DNA of 64,000 bases from Octopus sinensis (Eukaryota), in assembly GCF_006345805.1 (NCBI RefSeq), contig NC_042998.1, positions 156,736,001-156,800,000 of the forward strand, in the 5' to 3' direction. The notes beneath the pieces were generated by a model that worked only from the letters and a program-made list of their open reading frames with translations, had not been told where the DNA came from and ran no database searches. Positions 11,230 to 25,039 of this stretch are shown in pieces; the stretch's first letter is position 1, and each line of letters begins with the position of its first letter. A program made the translations under genes and the position numbers.

Positions 11230-14200
11230 CGCGAAGATGTCAAGGAACTGGTCTGCGAGGGAGTTGCAATTGCTCGTCCGCGCCTGGAAGATTGCCGAGG
11301 ATGATCGCCAAACAATATCATTGAAGCGCCGCTTAAGAGCAATGATTTCTCCAGGACCACCGCCCAGATAGAGCGAAAGAAACGCGAATTCCTCCGTTCA
11401 TACGCTCTAATCAGGCAACACATGGACACTCTGGACATCATCCTAGGAGGTGACTGCACCAGGGAAGACCAAAAGGATGGAGAAAACATCCAGGGCCCAA
11501 CAAAAGACACAAATGAGAGACCTGCAACCAAGGGACACAATGGCACATGTCCAGCTCCCAACACAACTGAAGACCAAAAAGGTGCGATGGCCACAAAAAA
11601 GGAAAGCACCCAAAAATCGATGGAAAACAAGAGGTAAAAGACAAGAAAACTAAAACAAAGACTGTTCAGAAAAAAACAGAACCCCAGTAAGAACTACAAG
11701 GGCAAAAGCAGAAACATCTGTAAATTCTACCTGAAGGGAGACTGCTAGCATGGGGTCGAAGGTGCAAACTGTCGTTTTGCACATCAGAAGCCCTGCCAAA
11801 AACTGCATGGACACAAGACAAAAATTCCTCCCTATGGGAGAACAAAAAGAAAAAGAAAAATATAGAAGAAGGAAAAATGGCACACGGACTATTCCTAAAA
11901 GACGATATGCAGATGTAGTGCGCGGTCCAAAAAAGATACTGCATAGGCCAACAAATGACCAGCTTCACCCAGATGTGAGAAGGGCAGCAGCTGAACACCA
12001 ATCTTTTTTGTGCACGGCACACAAAATTGTCCAGCAGCTGACCTGGCTACAAACACAAAGCTGGAACTACCACCACATAAGGCCACCACCAACAGATGCA
12101 GGATGGCCACCACAGACACCAACACACACACCACAAAAATATTTCTACTGAACGTAGGAGGGCTGCTGCGCGGCAACTGTAAAAGTAAAATCTCATTCCT
12201 TAGAGACCTTGCGGCATGCAATCAAGCTATATGCATGGCACTCATAGAAACGCATCTTGGACCTGATATAGGTGATGAAGAAATAAAAATACCGCAATAT
12301 GTTGCCATACGCTCAGATAGAAAAGGGAGGCGCCATGGTGGAGTTGCAATGTACATCCGAGATGACCTCACGCCTCAGGTCCTGTCATATTCAAACTCAG
12401 TGTGTGACACTCAAATTGTACATATAAGACAACTGAATATCGTCATATGTACTACATATCGCCCACCGGATGCCCCAAATCACACAGGCATGTTTGAAGA
12501 ATGCCTAACAAAATTAGGAGAAGTTCTCACCAACCTGGAACAACACAACAGTGTATTCTTCATGGGTGACTTTAACTTCCCCAATGTGGAATGGTCTGGG
12601 GGAGGGGCAGATGCTCCCAGGGATGACACACCATCAGCAGGCACAGGCAGAGTCCCTGCTCCATCTCACAAATGCCTCTTTCATAGAGCAAATAGTGCTG
12701 CAAACAACAAGGGCAAATAATATACTGGATCTCTGCTTCACAAACAATATGGATATTATCCATAATGTTAAAGTGATGCCGAAAATGATCTCGGATCACA
12801 ACATAATAGAGCTGTCTATGTATGGACCAAAAGCCCCCGCAGACACACAGCCTATACGAAGCATCCACAATCTCTCCAACTTAAACTTTCATAAAGCAAA
12901 TTGGAAGTTGATTGAGAAAGAGATCCTCAAACAGGATTGGCCTAAATGTCTCTCCACACCAGACATTGACATGAAACACAAACGCTTCATGTCCATAATA
13001 CAAGCTAAATGTGACAAATATGTCCCAGTGTGCAGGGCCAGCACACACAAAAACAAAAACAGGATCCCTAGAGAAAGGAAGATTCTTATGAGACGACGGA
13101 CAAGGATTGCGAACCTCCTGAGCAAGCACACCAAAAGTGGTGAGGAGTCTCGGCTTGAGAGAATGCTAATGGAAATTGAGAAAAGTCTGCATCAGTCTCA
13201 TGAAAAGGAGAGAGCAGATAAAGAAGCTTGGGTAATAGAAAATATAATGTCAAACCCGAAAGCTTTCTTTAAGTTTGCCAAAGAGACAGCCACAATGCAC
13301 CAGAGAATAGGACCTCTCTTCCAAAAAGATGGCTCCCTCACAGGAAATCCCATGAGGATAAGTGAAATACTGAACGAACAGTTCCAAAGTGTGTTCACTA
13401 CACCTCAAGGACATAGGCAAGTAAACAACCCAGAAGAATTCTTTGCCACTTTACCTGTGGTCAAAGAGGCAAAAATTGAGTACATCAACATTGAAAATGA
13501 TGATATCACACTGGCCATAGATGAGATTGGCACAAACTCAGCTGCTGGACCTGATGGATTTCCAGCGATCCTTCTCAAATCGTGCAAACAAGCCCTTAGG
13601 GTAATATGCCCTATCCATAAGGGAGGAAGCAGAGCAGATACTAAACATTATAGGCCTATCTCTCTGACCTCACACATCAGCAAAGTCGTGGAACGAATAG
13701 TCCGCAAGAAACTAATCATGTTCCTTGAAGAAAATTACTTGCTGACTGACACCCAGCATGGATTTCGACCAGGTAGAAGCTGCCTGACACAGCTCCTACA
13801 ACACTATGACTGGGTGTTAAAACAGCTACTAAATAGCTCAAATGTGGATGTGATATATCTCGACTTTGCAAAAGCCTTTGATAAAATCGACCATGGTATG
13901 ATTTGTCACAAATTGCGTGGTCTCGGCATAGGTGGAAAACTTGGAGAGTGGCTGCACAACTTCCTAAAAGATAGAAGGCAGGCAGTTGTGACCAATGGAG
14001 CCAGCTCCAAGGAAACACAAATAACAAGCGGTGTTCCACAGGGCACTGTCTTGGAACCACTGCTATTCATAGTGGCCCTTTCAGACATGCCATCAGTTGC
14101 TAAGATGGCCACCCTTGCTAGCTATGCAGATGACACAAAAGTTTCCCACACAATACAAAACGCTGGAAATATTGCACATCTGTAACAGGAGTTGAATACA

Positions 14201-15108
14201 ATATACTGGTGGGCTGAGGACAACAACATGCAGTTTAATGTAGGTAAGTTCCAGGCCTTGCGCTACCGGTACGCAAAAGTAAACGACATGCAGACTGGAT
14301 ACACTGGCCCGGGAAAAATTGCAATCCCTGAGTCAAAATTATTGCGTGACCTGGGCATTGACATGAGCAATGATGCATCTTCCCAAGTTCATATTACTAA
14401 CTTGGTGATAAAATGCAGACGGCTAGCTGGATGGATTCTCCGAACTTTCAGAACAAGAGAGAAGGAGACACTGATGGTCCTGTGGAAAACTTTCGTCCTC
14501 AGCCGCTTGGACTACTGCTCCCAACTATGGTCACCACACAATATAAAGCTAACAGCATAACTCGAAGCAATTCAACGAAGCTACACTAAGAAAATCGTCT
14601 CAATTCAACATATCAGTTACTGGGAAAGACTGAAAGAATTAAAACTCTTCTCCCTAGAGCGAAGGCGGAAGAGATGTGCGGTGATATACATCTGGAAAAT
14701 CCTGGAGGGTCTTGTCCCAAACTTTGGCATTCAAAGTTACCCCAACCGCAGAACGGGGCGCCACTGCATGGTGCCAAAGATTCCAGCATCACCATCAAAA
14801 TACAGGACCAGATACTGCAACAGCTTGGGTTTCAGAGGACCACAGCTCTTCAACATCCTCCCTAAATGCCTGAGAGACTTGCATGGTGTGGATGTGGGTT
14901 TCTTTAAAACTAAACTGGATCTCTTCTTGTCGGGGGTCCCAGGTGAACCTACCTCACGACAGGAGACACAGATGCGGGCAGCGGCATCGAACTCCCTTGT
15001 TGACCAAGTGCCACGTATCAGAGGTGGATTCACATATTAGTGTAGCTCATTCAGCGGTGGTGCCCCAGCATGGCCGCAGCCTTTGGACTGAAACAGTTTT
15101 AAGGATTT
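11230..15108 (+). mobile_element. CR1/L2-group LINE, near full length, inactivated
   Basis: ORF1 remnant with CCCH finger; APE domain (IFLLNVGGL...LIETHL...YRPP...MGDFNFP); RT (YRPISLTSH, QHGFRPGRSC, YLDFAKAFD, GVPQGTVL, YADD); several stops and frameshifts; 3' tail GGTGCCCCAGCATGGCCGCAG. Confidence 0.93.
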
Positions 15109-15158
15109 ATATACACACACACACACACACACACAACACACACACACACATATATATA

Positions 15159-15196
<38 letters not shown>

Positions 15197-15297
15197 CAGG
15201 GTAAATACTTGATAACTGTAAGCACATGTATATGCCAGTTAGTGGTGTAGGTGATAGGGTATATTTATCAAAAGAAAAACAGGATGCAAAGGATTTA

Positions 15298-15384
15298 GCG
15301 GTACATATGTTTCTGGCTTTATTGGACAATTTATATCAATGCATAATTGATGTAACATGTATGTCAATAACCTTCTTCAGCCGC
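15298..15384 (-). ncRNA. Intact hammerhead motif (CUGAAGA, GUA site); inverted copy 16663-16740 lacks the cleavage site
   Basis: GCGG CTGAAGA A GGTTATTGACA...TGTCCAATAAAGCC A GAAA CATATG TA CCGC. Confidence 0.82.
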
Positions 15385-17569
15385 GTACAATTTCCACACC
15401 AAAGACATGTATTACATTATAGCAGGTTTGAGAAGAAGTTTGGGAAAAAGACGTGTTTCGTTGGGAATGCAAATCCTCATAGTCGCATACGGCATAGCGA
15501 GTCACCAAAACAAAACGTCCATACCGTTTTTTCACTCGGTAAAGAATGAGGAGGTTGGATGTTGAGATAAAGAGGGAAGAAGTGGAAGGGGGTGAATCTT
15601 TAATGAAGTTGGGATTACAAAGAGGAAAAAGTGTAGTGATCCTGTACAACGGTGCGCGCGCGCGCACCGCCCTTTTCTGTTTCGCTCGTGCGGGGTTGGT
15701 GCTTTCACCACCGGAAGAAGGAATTTGCTGACGTGGCAGTTTAGCCGAGAGGCAAGGGGGCGTGAACCTTAAAAGGGTCCGGAGAGATCTAGCAGCAGCA
15801 GGCAGTGACTTGAGACACGGCGACTGAAGGCACCGGACGTGTAATTCTCTCTCTGTCCGGACTTGATATAGCAGCAGTCGGCAGAGGACTTTTAACCAGG
15901 ATTTGTTGCAGACCACATCATCTTCTCTCTCCTGACGCCATTTTGACCAGTGTTGTTGCATTTGAACATTGTAAAATCTTACAAGCGATAAAGTTCAGCT
16001 CTGACACATCCATACCAAAGGGATACCAGATACACCACTTATTTCTTACCGTTATAAGACAATAAAGTATATATATTTTTTACGTCTGCGTTTTGTGTTT
16101 TCTGACTGGTAGAATCTGGATATTAAAGCAACGGTAATTTGTATGCACCACATGCACTCTAAAAGTGCATGAAGCTACTCGTTCCCGTTACAAAAGTATA
16201 TGTATAAATCTAAACATGATTATACAGGATAATAGTAAGTGCAAAATGTAATAAAAGAGTAAAAATGTAAAAAAATAAGTATATTAATATATAAAGATAC
16301 AAAGGATGCCGTGTGTCGGGTCTAAAGTTCTAGAGCTGTATTGTGACAGTGTAGACTTGAAAAATAACATGGAAATGCAAATAAAGATAAAGAAGCGAAA
16401 AAATAAAGACGAAAACTAAAAATATAAAGGGATCCCAACTTCATTAAAGATTCACCCCCTTCCACTTCTTCCCTCTTTATCTCAACATCCAACCTCCTCA
16501 TTCTTTACCGAGTGAAAAAACGGTATGGACGTTTTGTTTTGGTGTCTCGCTATGCCGTATGCGACTATGAGGATTTGCATTCCCAACGAAACACGTCTTT
16601 TTCCGAAACTTCTTCTCAAACCTGCTATAATGTAATACATGTCTTTGGTGTGGTAATTGTACGCGGCTGAAGAAGGCTATTGACATACATGTTACATCAA
16701 TTATGCATTGATATAAACTTTCCAATAAAGCCAGAAACATATATATATATATATAGGCAAGACATAAATATATATCCAACTGTGTGTGTATATATATATG
16801 TGTATATATATATATACACACACACACACGTACACATGCATGCGCAGAAAATCTGGTGTATGCTTATACAAGTTAGTTGTTACAGGCGAAAGAAAGAGAT
16901 TTCAGAAACTATGGGGAGAATGAAGAAAACAGCAGAAAAGAAGAAAAATAAAATAAAAGAAAGAGAAACACAGAAGTAGCGAGAGAAATGGGAAAATAGA
17001 TAGGGCAGAGTGTGCTACATATGACGCTTGAAAGTAACCAACAACGTTTGGATACTTTATATAGTTTGCGCATTGAACACCTAAAATTACATGTATATCA
17101 ACATAAGCATAAATATACATACAAATATACACACATATGGATACGCAAACAAATATACAAAAATATGTACGCAAATACATGATCACATATATAAAAGTAT
17201 ACATACATATACATGCACATTCATATATGTATGCATGTATATGTATATATACACACATATATACACACACACATGCATATGTACACACACATACATGCAT
17301 ATACATACCTACAATACATATATATATATACACATAAATATAGACATATCTACATCATAACATTCATATGCAAGCAATTTTTTAAAAAAGCTGTTTGGTA
17401 TGTATAATATTAAAACGTAAAAGAAGGAAATTGTACGTTAATTTGATGTAACCTAATTAAATACGTGAGTAAAAATAAAAATAATAAAAATAAACCTCGG
17501 CGAAGCTTAAGCTTAAAATTAAATTCATAAAACAGTCGAAGGCCTTCTTAAAAATGAAGTCGCAATATA

Positions 17570-17750
17570 CATTAGCGTTGCGATGCAAAATAACTTAGCG
17601 TTTCGGCAAAAGAGACCGATAGAATAAGTACTGGGCTTACAAAAGAATAAGTCCTGGGGTCGATTTGCTCGACTAAAGGCGGTGCTCCAGCATGGCCGCA
17701 GTCAAATGACTGAAACAAGTAAAAGAGTAAAAGAGTAAAAAGAGTATACC
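17570..17750 (+). mobile_element. SINE 3' part with CR1-like tail (further copies near 26690-26850, 35460-35650, 37720-37930, 38840-39050)
   Basis: AATAAGTACTGGGCTTAC ... GGCGGTGCTCCAGCATGGCCGCAGTC...CTGAAACAAGT(AAAAGAGT)n. Confidence 0.8.
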
Positions 17751-19292
17751 ATGTAAAGTCAAATTCAAATGTGACAGTCAAAAAATATATTTTGAAAGTC
17801 AAAACATTTTACCCATATAGTATTTTGTCAGTTGACATTTTAAATTTTGTGGCATGCCTGCAGGAATTTAAGAGCTCATATCTCTGGTTCAAAGTGTTTT
17901 TATCCTGGAACAAGATGAGAGGCAGAGATTACATTTCACAGGTCTGTATGCTGATGCTTTTTCGAGAATTTTCCAGGTTACATTGAAAGGACGGGTGTCA
18001 TTCTATTTCAATTCCCAGACATGCTTTGCAAGACTAGTCACTGCCCTGTTCTCGGGGTATCGGAAAGAATTTCTATAGGAATAAAATAAAGTCTTGAATG
18101 AATTCTCTGAAGCCCCTGTATATGTCTTATATTCTTGCAAGTCATCTACTTGCACTTTGGCTCTATAAACAATATCTTTTTCAAGACATTTTCCTTCCTC
18201 AGATTAGATTCGGCACTGTAGTTGTCTATAATAATTTTTGTGTTATGCTGGCTAATAAAAGAAGCAAAGTTTTTGCAACATGAATAGCTTTCTCCTATTG
18301 AAAATGCTTAGAAGCTAATTTTAAAAATTCCATACTTATATTAGTTTTTACGGCCATATTAAATGCAGGGTTAAACCACAAAATTTTCCTAGTTCTACGT
18401 GGCCTATTTATTGCTAGAATTAACTTGACTAAACTGGATCTTCTCTGAGAATCCACTTTTCCTTAATGCATTGTTGTAATACAGCACAACATTTTGAAAT
18501 GCTGTCTCATCTGAAGAAATTGATGATATATGCCTTCCTACATTACTAATTAGGTTCTTAAGTATTGCAGGTGGATGATTAGATTATTACTAATATAACA
18601 TAGCTTTTCATTGGGCTTACGATAGGGTTTAAATTTATCTAATTGTAAATCTAAGTTGATATCTAAAAAATATCTACGTTACTAAGGTTACTTTCTATCG
18701 TAATTCGTAAGCCCATTCTTTGGAAGAAAATAATCAGATTCTTCCTAAGTTTATCTAACTCATGACCGTTTAAATTATGGGTGACTATAAGACCACTATC
18801 CCTGTATAATCTTGCATCTATAAAAGGGAATTATAGATGCAGGTTATGCAAAGTATAAGTTTTTATAAGTATACACAACTCTACCCCATTATATGCCCCT
18901 ATCGGTACATCGAAAAGAGAATCATCACTCTTTTTGGCCCAAGTGGAATCATCGTAAAATAGAAGGGATTTCCTTGCATGCAGGATAGTATCTATTTCCG
19001 AGCTATCGATGGTGACTTACTGCTTGGTGAAGTCTAATGTTGAATTTATATATATAGTCTTTGACTATTTTCTCTTTCCCACTAGACCGCTGGTAGCGAT
19101 AAATTTCTATTGAATTTTTTTGCTACCCTAAATTGATTAATTGATGATTTTCTGACTAATTCTGAGATTGAATCAGCAGTTTATATTTACTGCTGATAAG
19201 TTGGCGCGAATACGATGGTTTTGAAAATTTTAGGGCAGATATTCCTAGGGCATTGATACAGATGCCTCGTGTATATCCGTCTCTCCTGGCTT

Positions 19293-19391
19293 CTTTACCG
19301 ATGAGGTGTAGCCTTTGGTAGATTGACTTAATTTAATTTAATTAAGCTGGTTTGCCATTAAAAAAACACCGAAACGATGCATCGTCTAAAG
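19293..19391 (+). ncRNA. Hammerhead motif, CCGAUGA core, GUC site
   Basis: CTTTA CCGATGA GGTG...CACC GAAA CGATGCATCG TC TAAAG. Confidence 0.8.
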
Positions 19392-19515
19392 ATGAATTAG
19401 GGTAAATGTTTTTAAATTTTCATTTAATTTCTGAATTACTACTACTTAGCGGTTTGAGTCCTGGCTGCTTTTTCTAGTGGACGAATGGCCTATTAAGGCC
19501 ATTCCTTAATTGTTG

Positions 19516-19569
<54 letters not shown>

Positions 19570-20648
19570 TATATATTATATATATATATATATATATGTT
19601 TTCGTTTCTCATTGTGTTCAACGTTTTTTTTTTTGGTGTCCTGCACCCATATATGCATGTATATATACATATAGATGTAGGTATGTACATATATGTATGT
19701 ATAAATGCATATGTTTATATATTATTTATGTTATTATATGATCGAACATCACGCATCCATTTCCAAGTAAGTTTTATCTTAATTATGATGCGCACTCAGA
19801 CTTTTACTAATTCTCCTCTGTCTGTCTCTCTCCCTCTCTTGTTCATCCTTTCTGGTTTTCTCTCCCACCCTTCCCTATTCTTCTCCTCTCCCTTTCACCG
19901 TTCCCTCACTCTTACTCCTCCTCCTCCCTCTCGTCACTGACACGTGACCAGAGAGAAGCCATCTTCCCGACTGCTATCTTCAACGAGTCAATACGGCTTA
20001 TCCTGTCCTTCTCAAAAGCTGTCTCCTCATTGCGTTCAAAATAATTTTTCCATCGTCTTGCCTTAACAACCCTCATCGTTTGTTTTTACTGTGTTATTCT
20101 CCTTGTCCTGTCTTTTACTGTTTTTATTTTATTGTTTTTACTGTCTTTTTCTTTTTACCACTTTTACCCCTCCGCAAAAAATTCCAAATTTTATTTAATT
20201 TGCTTTGCGGGAAGGATTGTTTCAACGAAGTTGCATCTTGTCCTTACCTTTGAGACGCGAAATTATAAATTTCATCGGAGTATATTCAATACTGAATTTT
20301 TATTCCGGATAAGCACGTTGTTACCGAAATGCAATTCGAAAAGGCCCGCCATTTACATAGATGTATAAGGGACGAACAGTTCTATATGCTACGGTGGATA
20401 CGACGGTTGTTCGTCTGGTATGTTGATTTTGTTCATTCATTATAAATCTTGAATCATGCTTGCACCGATGAGTCAAGAGCGCAACCACTGCGCTGATTAC
20501 GAAATCACTGGGGATCTGCAGCTAAATTCTGTTTTTAAATGACTTGCTTCGAGACTTGCATTCGGTACGATATGTTTATTTTGGTAGTTTTGACTTTAAG
20601 AGTCCCTCCTAGCGTGCGGCATTTATGTGTAATAATGCCCTCTATATA

Positions 20649-20680
<32 letters not shown>

Positions 20681-20688
20681 GCATACAT

Positions 20689-20767
<79 letters not shown>

Positions 20768-21209
20768 AATATAATATGTTATATATATTTATATCATTCA
20801 ACTGTGGAAGTGGATAAATAGTATACTTAAGGTCAACTAGCATGGGTTTTGATTACCTTGTGCTGTAACCATATTGGTTGTCTTCTTCTTTAAACCTAAC
20901 TTACCTTCAACCACAGCAAACAAACAAATGTAAAGTGGCTGCCCTATGCAGTTTACCCCCCCCCCATCCCATCCCCTTTCTTTTTATCTATCTGTCTATC
21001 TATCTATCTTTCCATCCATCCATCCATCCATCATTTCATTGTTTTAATGCCTACTTTTCCGTGCCTGCATGAATGAGACAAACTTCATTGATGCAGATTT
21101 TCTACAAACCTTCCTGTCGCCAACCCATATCTGATTCCAAGTAAAGTAATATTTCCCCCTTGCCATATGGTTGGAAAGTGAACTTCTTAGCGAAACAGTC
21201 ATGCCTGTG

Positions 21210-21249
<40 letters not shown>

Positions 21250-21250
<1 letters not shown>

Positions 21251-22000
21251 TAGTGTATCCGTGCCGTCAAAATTGACAGCATGAAAATGATATGAAAAAT
21301 AAAATTAAAATTAAAAGATTACACTCTTTATCTTAGCAACTGCTTCAACATTATGTTTCTAGCGAAAACTCTACCACCAACGAGTTCGCCTTGTCTTAGA
21401 TGGTCCTTTACCAACATTTTAATATATTATTACTGCTTCTACTTCTACTCAATGCAACATAAAGTTGTCCATGGCTGAATACTGGTGATGGTAGGATGAT
21501 GCCAACATTATTGAAGCTCTGCCCTTGTGATTTGCTTATAGGCTGTTTTTCTCTCTACAAAACGGAAAGTTACATTGCGGAACAGTCATTTTAACGAGTT
21601 GTATTTATTTATTCATTACCCGTCGAAATACATCTGCACCACTGGATGCTCCTGAACCAGTTGTTGAGTGTCCCATCCAAGAGGAATCGATGCTAGATGT
21701 GTCGAAACAGTTCTGATTAACAATAAATTCTTAACACTACGCTCATTTTTATATTAGAAGATACTAGCAGAGGCACTCGGCATTCCGCAGGAATGAAATT
21801 GTTCCTTATAATATTGTCTTTGTCTTGCATCCTTTAAACGTTTTTCTCATTCCTCTTTTGATTCTTGGCTCCTCTGAATTGCATTTTGTTGATGTAATTG
21901 TTCTAACCGTTTTTCCCCTGCCTCTTGTAACTCATTGGCCCTGCTTGCAAGCAGCTCTCCTTCAGTCATCTTCATGTTTTTGCTGTTGTTGTGCAGGGGT
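21250..22000 (-). mobile_element. Non-autonomous Helitron 3' end (5' boundary uncertain)
   Basis: The minus strand ends GCTGTCAA-TT-TTGACGGC hairpin, 9 nt, CTAG, then T: the canonical Helitron 3' terminus. Confidence 0.6.
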
Positions 22001-22501
22001 CTCTAGTGACTTTACTCTGGTTACCTGTACTCATCTTTGCTTCACTGTAGAATACTGATCATCTATATATACCCGTCTCCTCTTGAGTGGAAGTTACATG
22101 AATATCTTCACAAGAGTGATTGAAATAAATGGCGATTGTGGAACGCCACACGCACACACACAGACACACACACACACACTTATACATACAGTATCAAACA
22201 CCAGAGTCTCTTTCTCACCCACTTTCCACCTCTCTTTGTACCGGCTTTCTTTCACGTTCCCCTCAAGTATAGACATACAGTGTCAAACATCAGCATCTCT
22301 CTCTCTCTCCCACTATCCCTCTCTCTTTCAACTTCTCTCATAGAAACTTGTTTTCTCTTTGTTTCTTTCTCACCACTCTCACTCCCTCATTAGCAATTTT
22401 GTGTTTCTTTTGCTCAAACATATTCTCTCTCACCCTCTGTAATAGTTCCTCTCATTTAGTTTGTCTGTTTCTTTCACACACATTCTCTCTCCCTCTCTCT
22501 C

Positions 22502-22545
<44 letters not shown>

Positions 22546-22741
22546 TCTCTTTCTCACTCTTTCTAACTCACTCACACACACTATTTACATTTCTCACTCT
22601 ATCGAAAAACATTGTAACGAATGAGAAGTGCCACTTCCTCATTTTGCTTCTCTGTTTCTTTCTCACCCCTCTCACTCCCACATTGGCTTTATGCGCAGAC
22701 ATACAAATACAGATACTTGCTAATATATATATATATTATAT

Positions 22742-22774
<33 letters not shown>

Positions 22775-22864
22775 TATTGAAAATTTTTAATTGAAAAATT
22801 ACCTATTTTTATATATATAAGATAATATATGTACATTTATTTAATTATTTTATTGTTTTTATCA

Positions 22865-22949
22865 TGGACATGATGAGTGACTATATTTAAATTGAATTGA
22901 TTTTACTGTTATCAATTTGAAAATATAGCCACGAAACACGTGTAGTCTA
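22865..22949 (+). ncRNA. Hammerhead motif with C3A mutation (probably inactive)
   Basis: TGGAC ATGATGA GTGACTATATTT...AAATATAGCCAC GAAA CACGTG TA GTCTA. Confidence 0.7.
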
Positions 22950-23129
22950 TTTACTAATTATATACTATTTATTATTTCGTACTTTATATAGTTCTTGGTA
23001 AATGTTTTATCGTATCTTTAATTATTTTCTATATGGTATGATTTAAGTATATCATTGTTGAGTTGCAACATGGTGGTTCTTCTCTAATTTATATACATGT
23101 ATTATATATATATATATTATATATTTATG

Positions 23130-23170
<41 letters not shown>

Positions 23171-23180
23171 TATATATATT

Positions 23181-23216
<36 letters not shown>

Positions 23217-23265
23217 CATACATACATACATACATACACACACATACATACATACACACACATAC

Positions 23266-23386
<121 letters not shown>

Positions 23387-23399
23387 GGAGTCAAATGCA

Positions 23400-24850
23400 G
23401 GTTAAATTCTTTTACTTCCGACATATGTTTCGAAGACAACATTGGTATTAATCCAGAAGGAATAAAACGGTGTAAAACAATGCAGTCTTCTCATCAGAGA
23501 AAGAAAGAAACCAAACACATCAATAAGACATTTTAACAGATTGTGATGACTGTGTATATGATAAAGGGAACGCTAGAATTTTCTTTTTTTTTTTTGAAAA
23601 CCGTTAGTAGATATAACATCAACGGTAGTTTATAGAAAGAGGAGGAGAAAGAAAGAAATTAGCAGAAATTAATAGTGGAGAGATATAGAGCGATAGGTGA
23701 ATCAGAATAAAGCTTAAAAGAATGGAAATAGATATATTTAGTGGAAATGCAATGTAAGAAGACAGTCAAAGGTCGAATTTTATAGAATGGTAGAATTTAT
23801 TTATAGGAACAAAAGCTATGTTTCTGCCAATGTTTTCATTGATAAACGCGTTCTAGAAACGTGTTTAGAAGGGGATTCTTTGAGAATAGGATAAAAAAAA
23901 CATTTCACTACTACAAAGGGGAAAAAAGATTTACCTTTGTCATAAAGTAAAGAAATAGAGAGAATATTCCATTCCAAATGAAATTGTTTATTATGATCTT
24001 TTAGATACCAGATTAATTTACTAAGCCCAGTATTGTTACGCTTATTGATATGCCTAAATGTAGTGTAATGATTAGATATTCTTTTGGACAACTGAGATGA
24101 AGAACTATATAAAAAAAGACGTCAGAACCAGAAGTAATTTTACATTGATAAATAGAATTTCTAGTCTTAGAATTACTGTTAAGAAAATGAATGCGATTGG
24201 AGTTGACTTTAGAAACAATAACCCCGATGTTAATATTATTTAAAGAATGGTTAGTGTTAACAAAATCAATGTTAGTACTTTCATTAAGTGGATTTGTATT
24301 TATTATGCGAAGAGATGATTTGTGATAGATTTTTTTGTGTTAGAAAAACCTATCCTAATTCGGTGTGAGTTAATAATCGAATAGTATCTTGAATTTCTTG
24401 GGTAATTCTTTTCTATAATTTCACGAAACTGGTAAGGGAGGTTAGATTTTATCTGTTTATCATATGGAATTATTAATCAAACAGTTTTACTAGGACAGAC
24501 CTCGTTATTAGGGTAATTATCCTTAAAATTCCTCGATGTACCTTTATAATGAAAAAAAAAAGAATCTTAAATAACGGCTATCTCCTTTACGCTGCAGAAA
24601 TACATTACTAGATTTGGTGTTGTTATTTGAAATAAAATTAAAATTGTTAATATCGTTACAACTTGATTTCATGTCCTGATTAATAGAGGTAGAATTAATG
24701 TCATTAGGGTGATTTTTTTCTTTATAGCCTGCTTTAAGTAAGGCAGAGTTATAAAATTCAGTTTTATCGTTGAAGATATTAACATTAGCAGATAATCTAG
24801 AAAGTCTAAGTGAAATATTTCTAACTAAATTTTTAGTAATAGCCTTAGAG
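23400..24850 (-). mobile_element. Decayed Penelope-like element with 3' hammerhead motif
   Basis: ORF remnants ITKNLVRNISLRLSRLSANVNIF...ALLKAGYKEK and HYTTFRH...TGLSKLIWYLKDHNKQFHLEWNIL match the PLE thumb/GIY-YIG region seen at 6624-7473. Confidence 0.75.
23415..23503 (-). ncRNA. Intact hammerhead motif (CUGAUGA, GUC site) at the 3' end of the decayed PLE
   Basis: CTTTCT CTGATGA GAAGAC tgCATTG...CAATG ttGTCTTC GAAA CATATG TC GGAAG. Confidence 0.85.
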
Positions 24851-24854
24851 TGAT

Positions 24855-24978
24855 TACATGGTTCCATGTTCAGTCTCACTGCATGACACCTTGGGCAAGT
24901 GTCTTCTAATATGGCCTTGAATCGACCAAAGCTTTGTGAGTGTATTTGGTAGATGGAAACTGAAAGACGCCCGTGGTA
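24855..24978 (+). mobile_element. tRNA-derived SINE, second family (other copies about 38340-38500 and 39115-39270 on - strand)
   Basis: GGTTCCATGTTCAGTCTCACTG...CCTTGGGCAAGTGTCTTCT...GGAAACTGAAAGACGCCCG. Confidence 0.75.
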
Positions 24979-24979
24979 T

Positions 24980-25039
<60 letters not shown>

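Noticed and set aside
15377-15961. 194-aa minus-strand ORF
   Set aside because: No recognisable domain, and its 3' half runs through a non-coding inverted-repeat arm.
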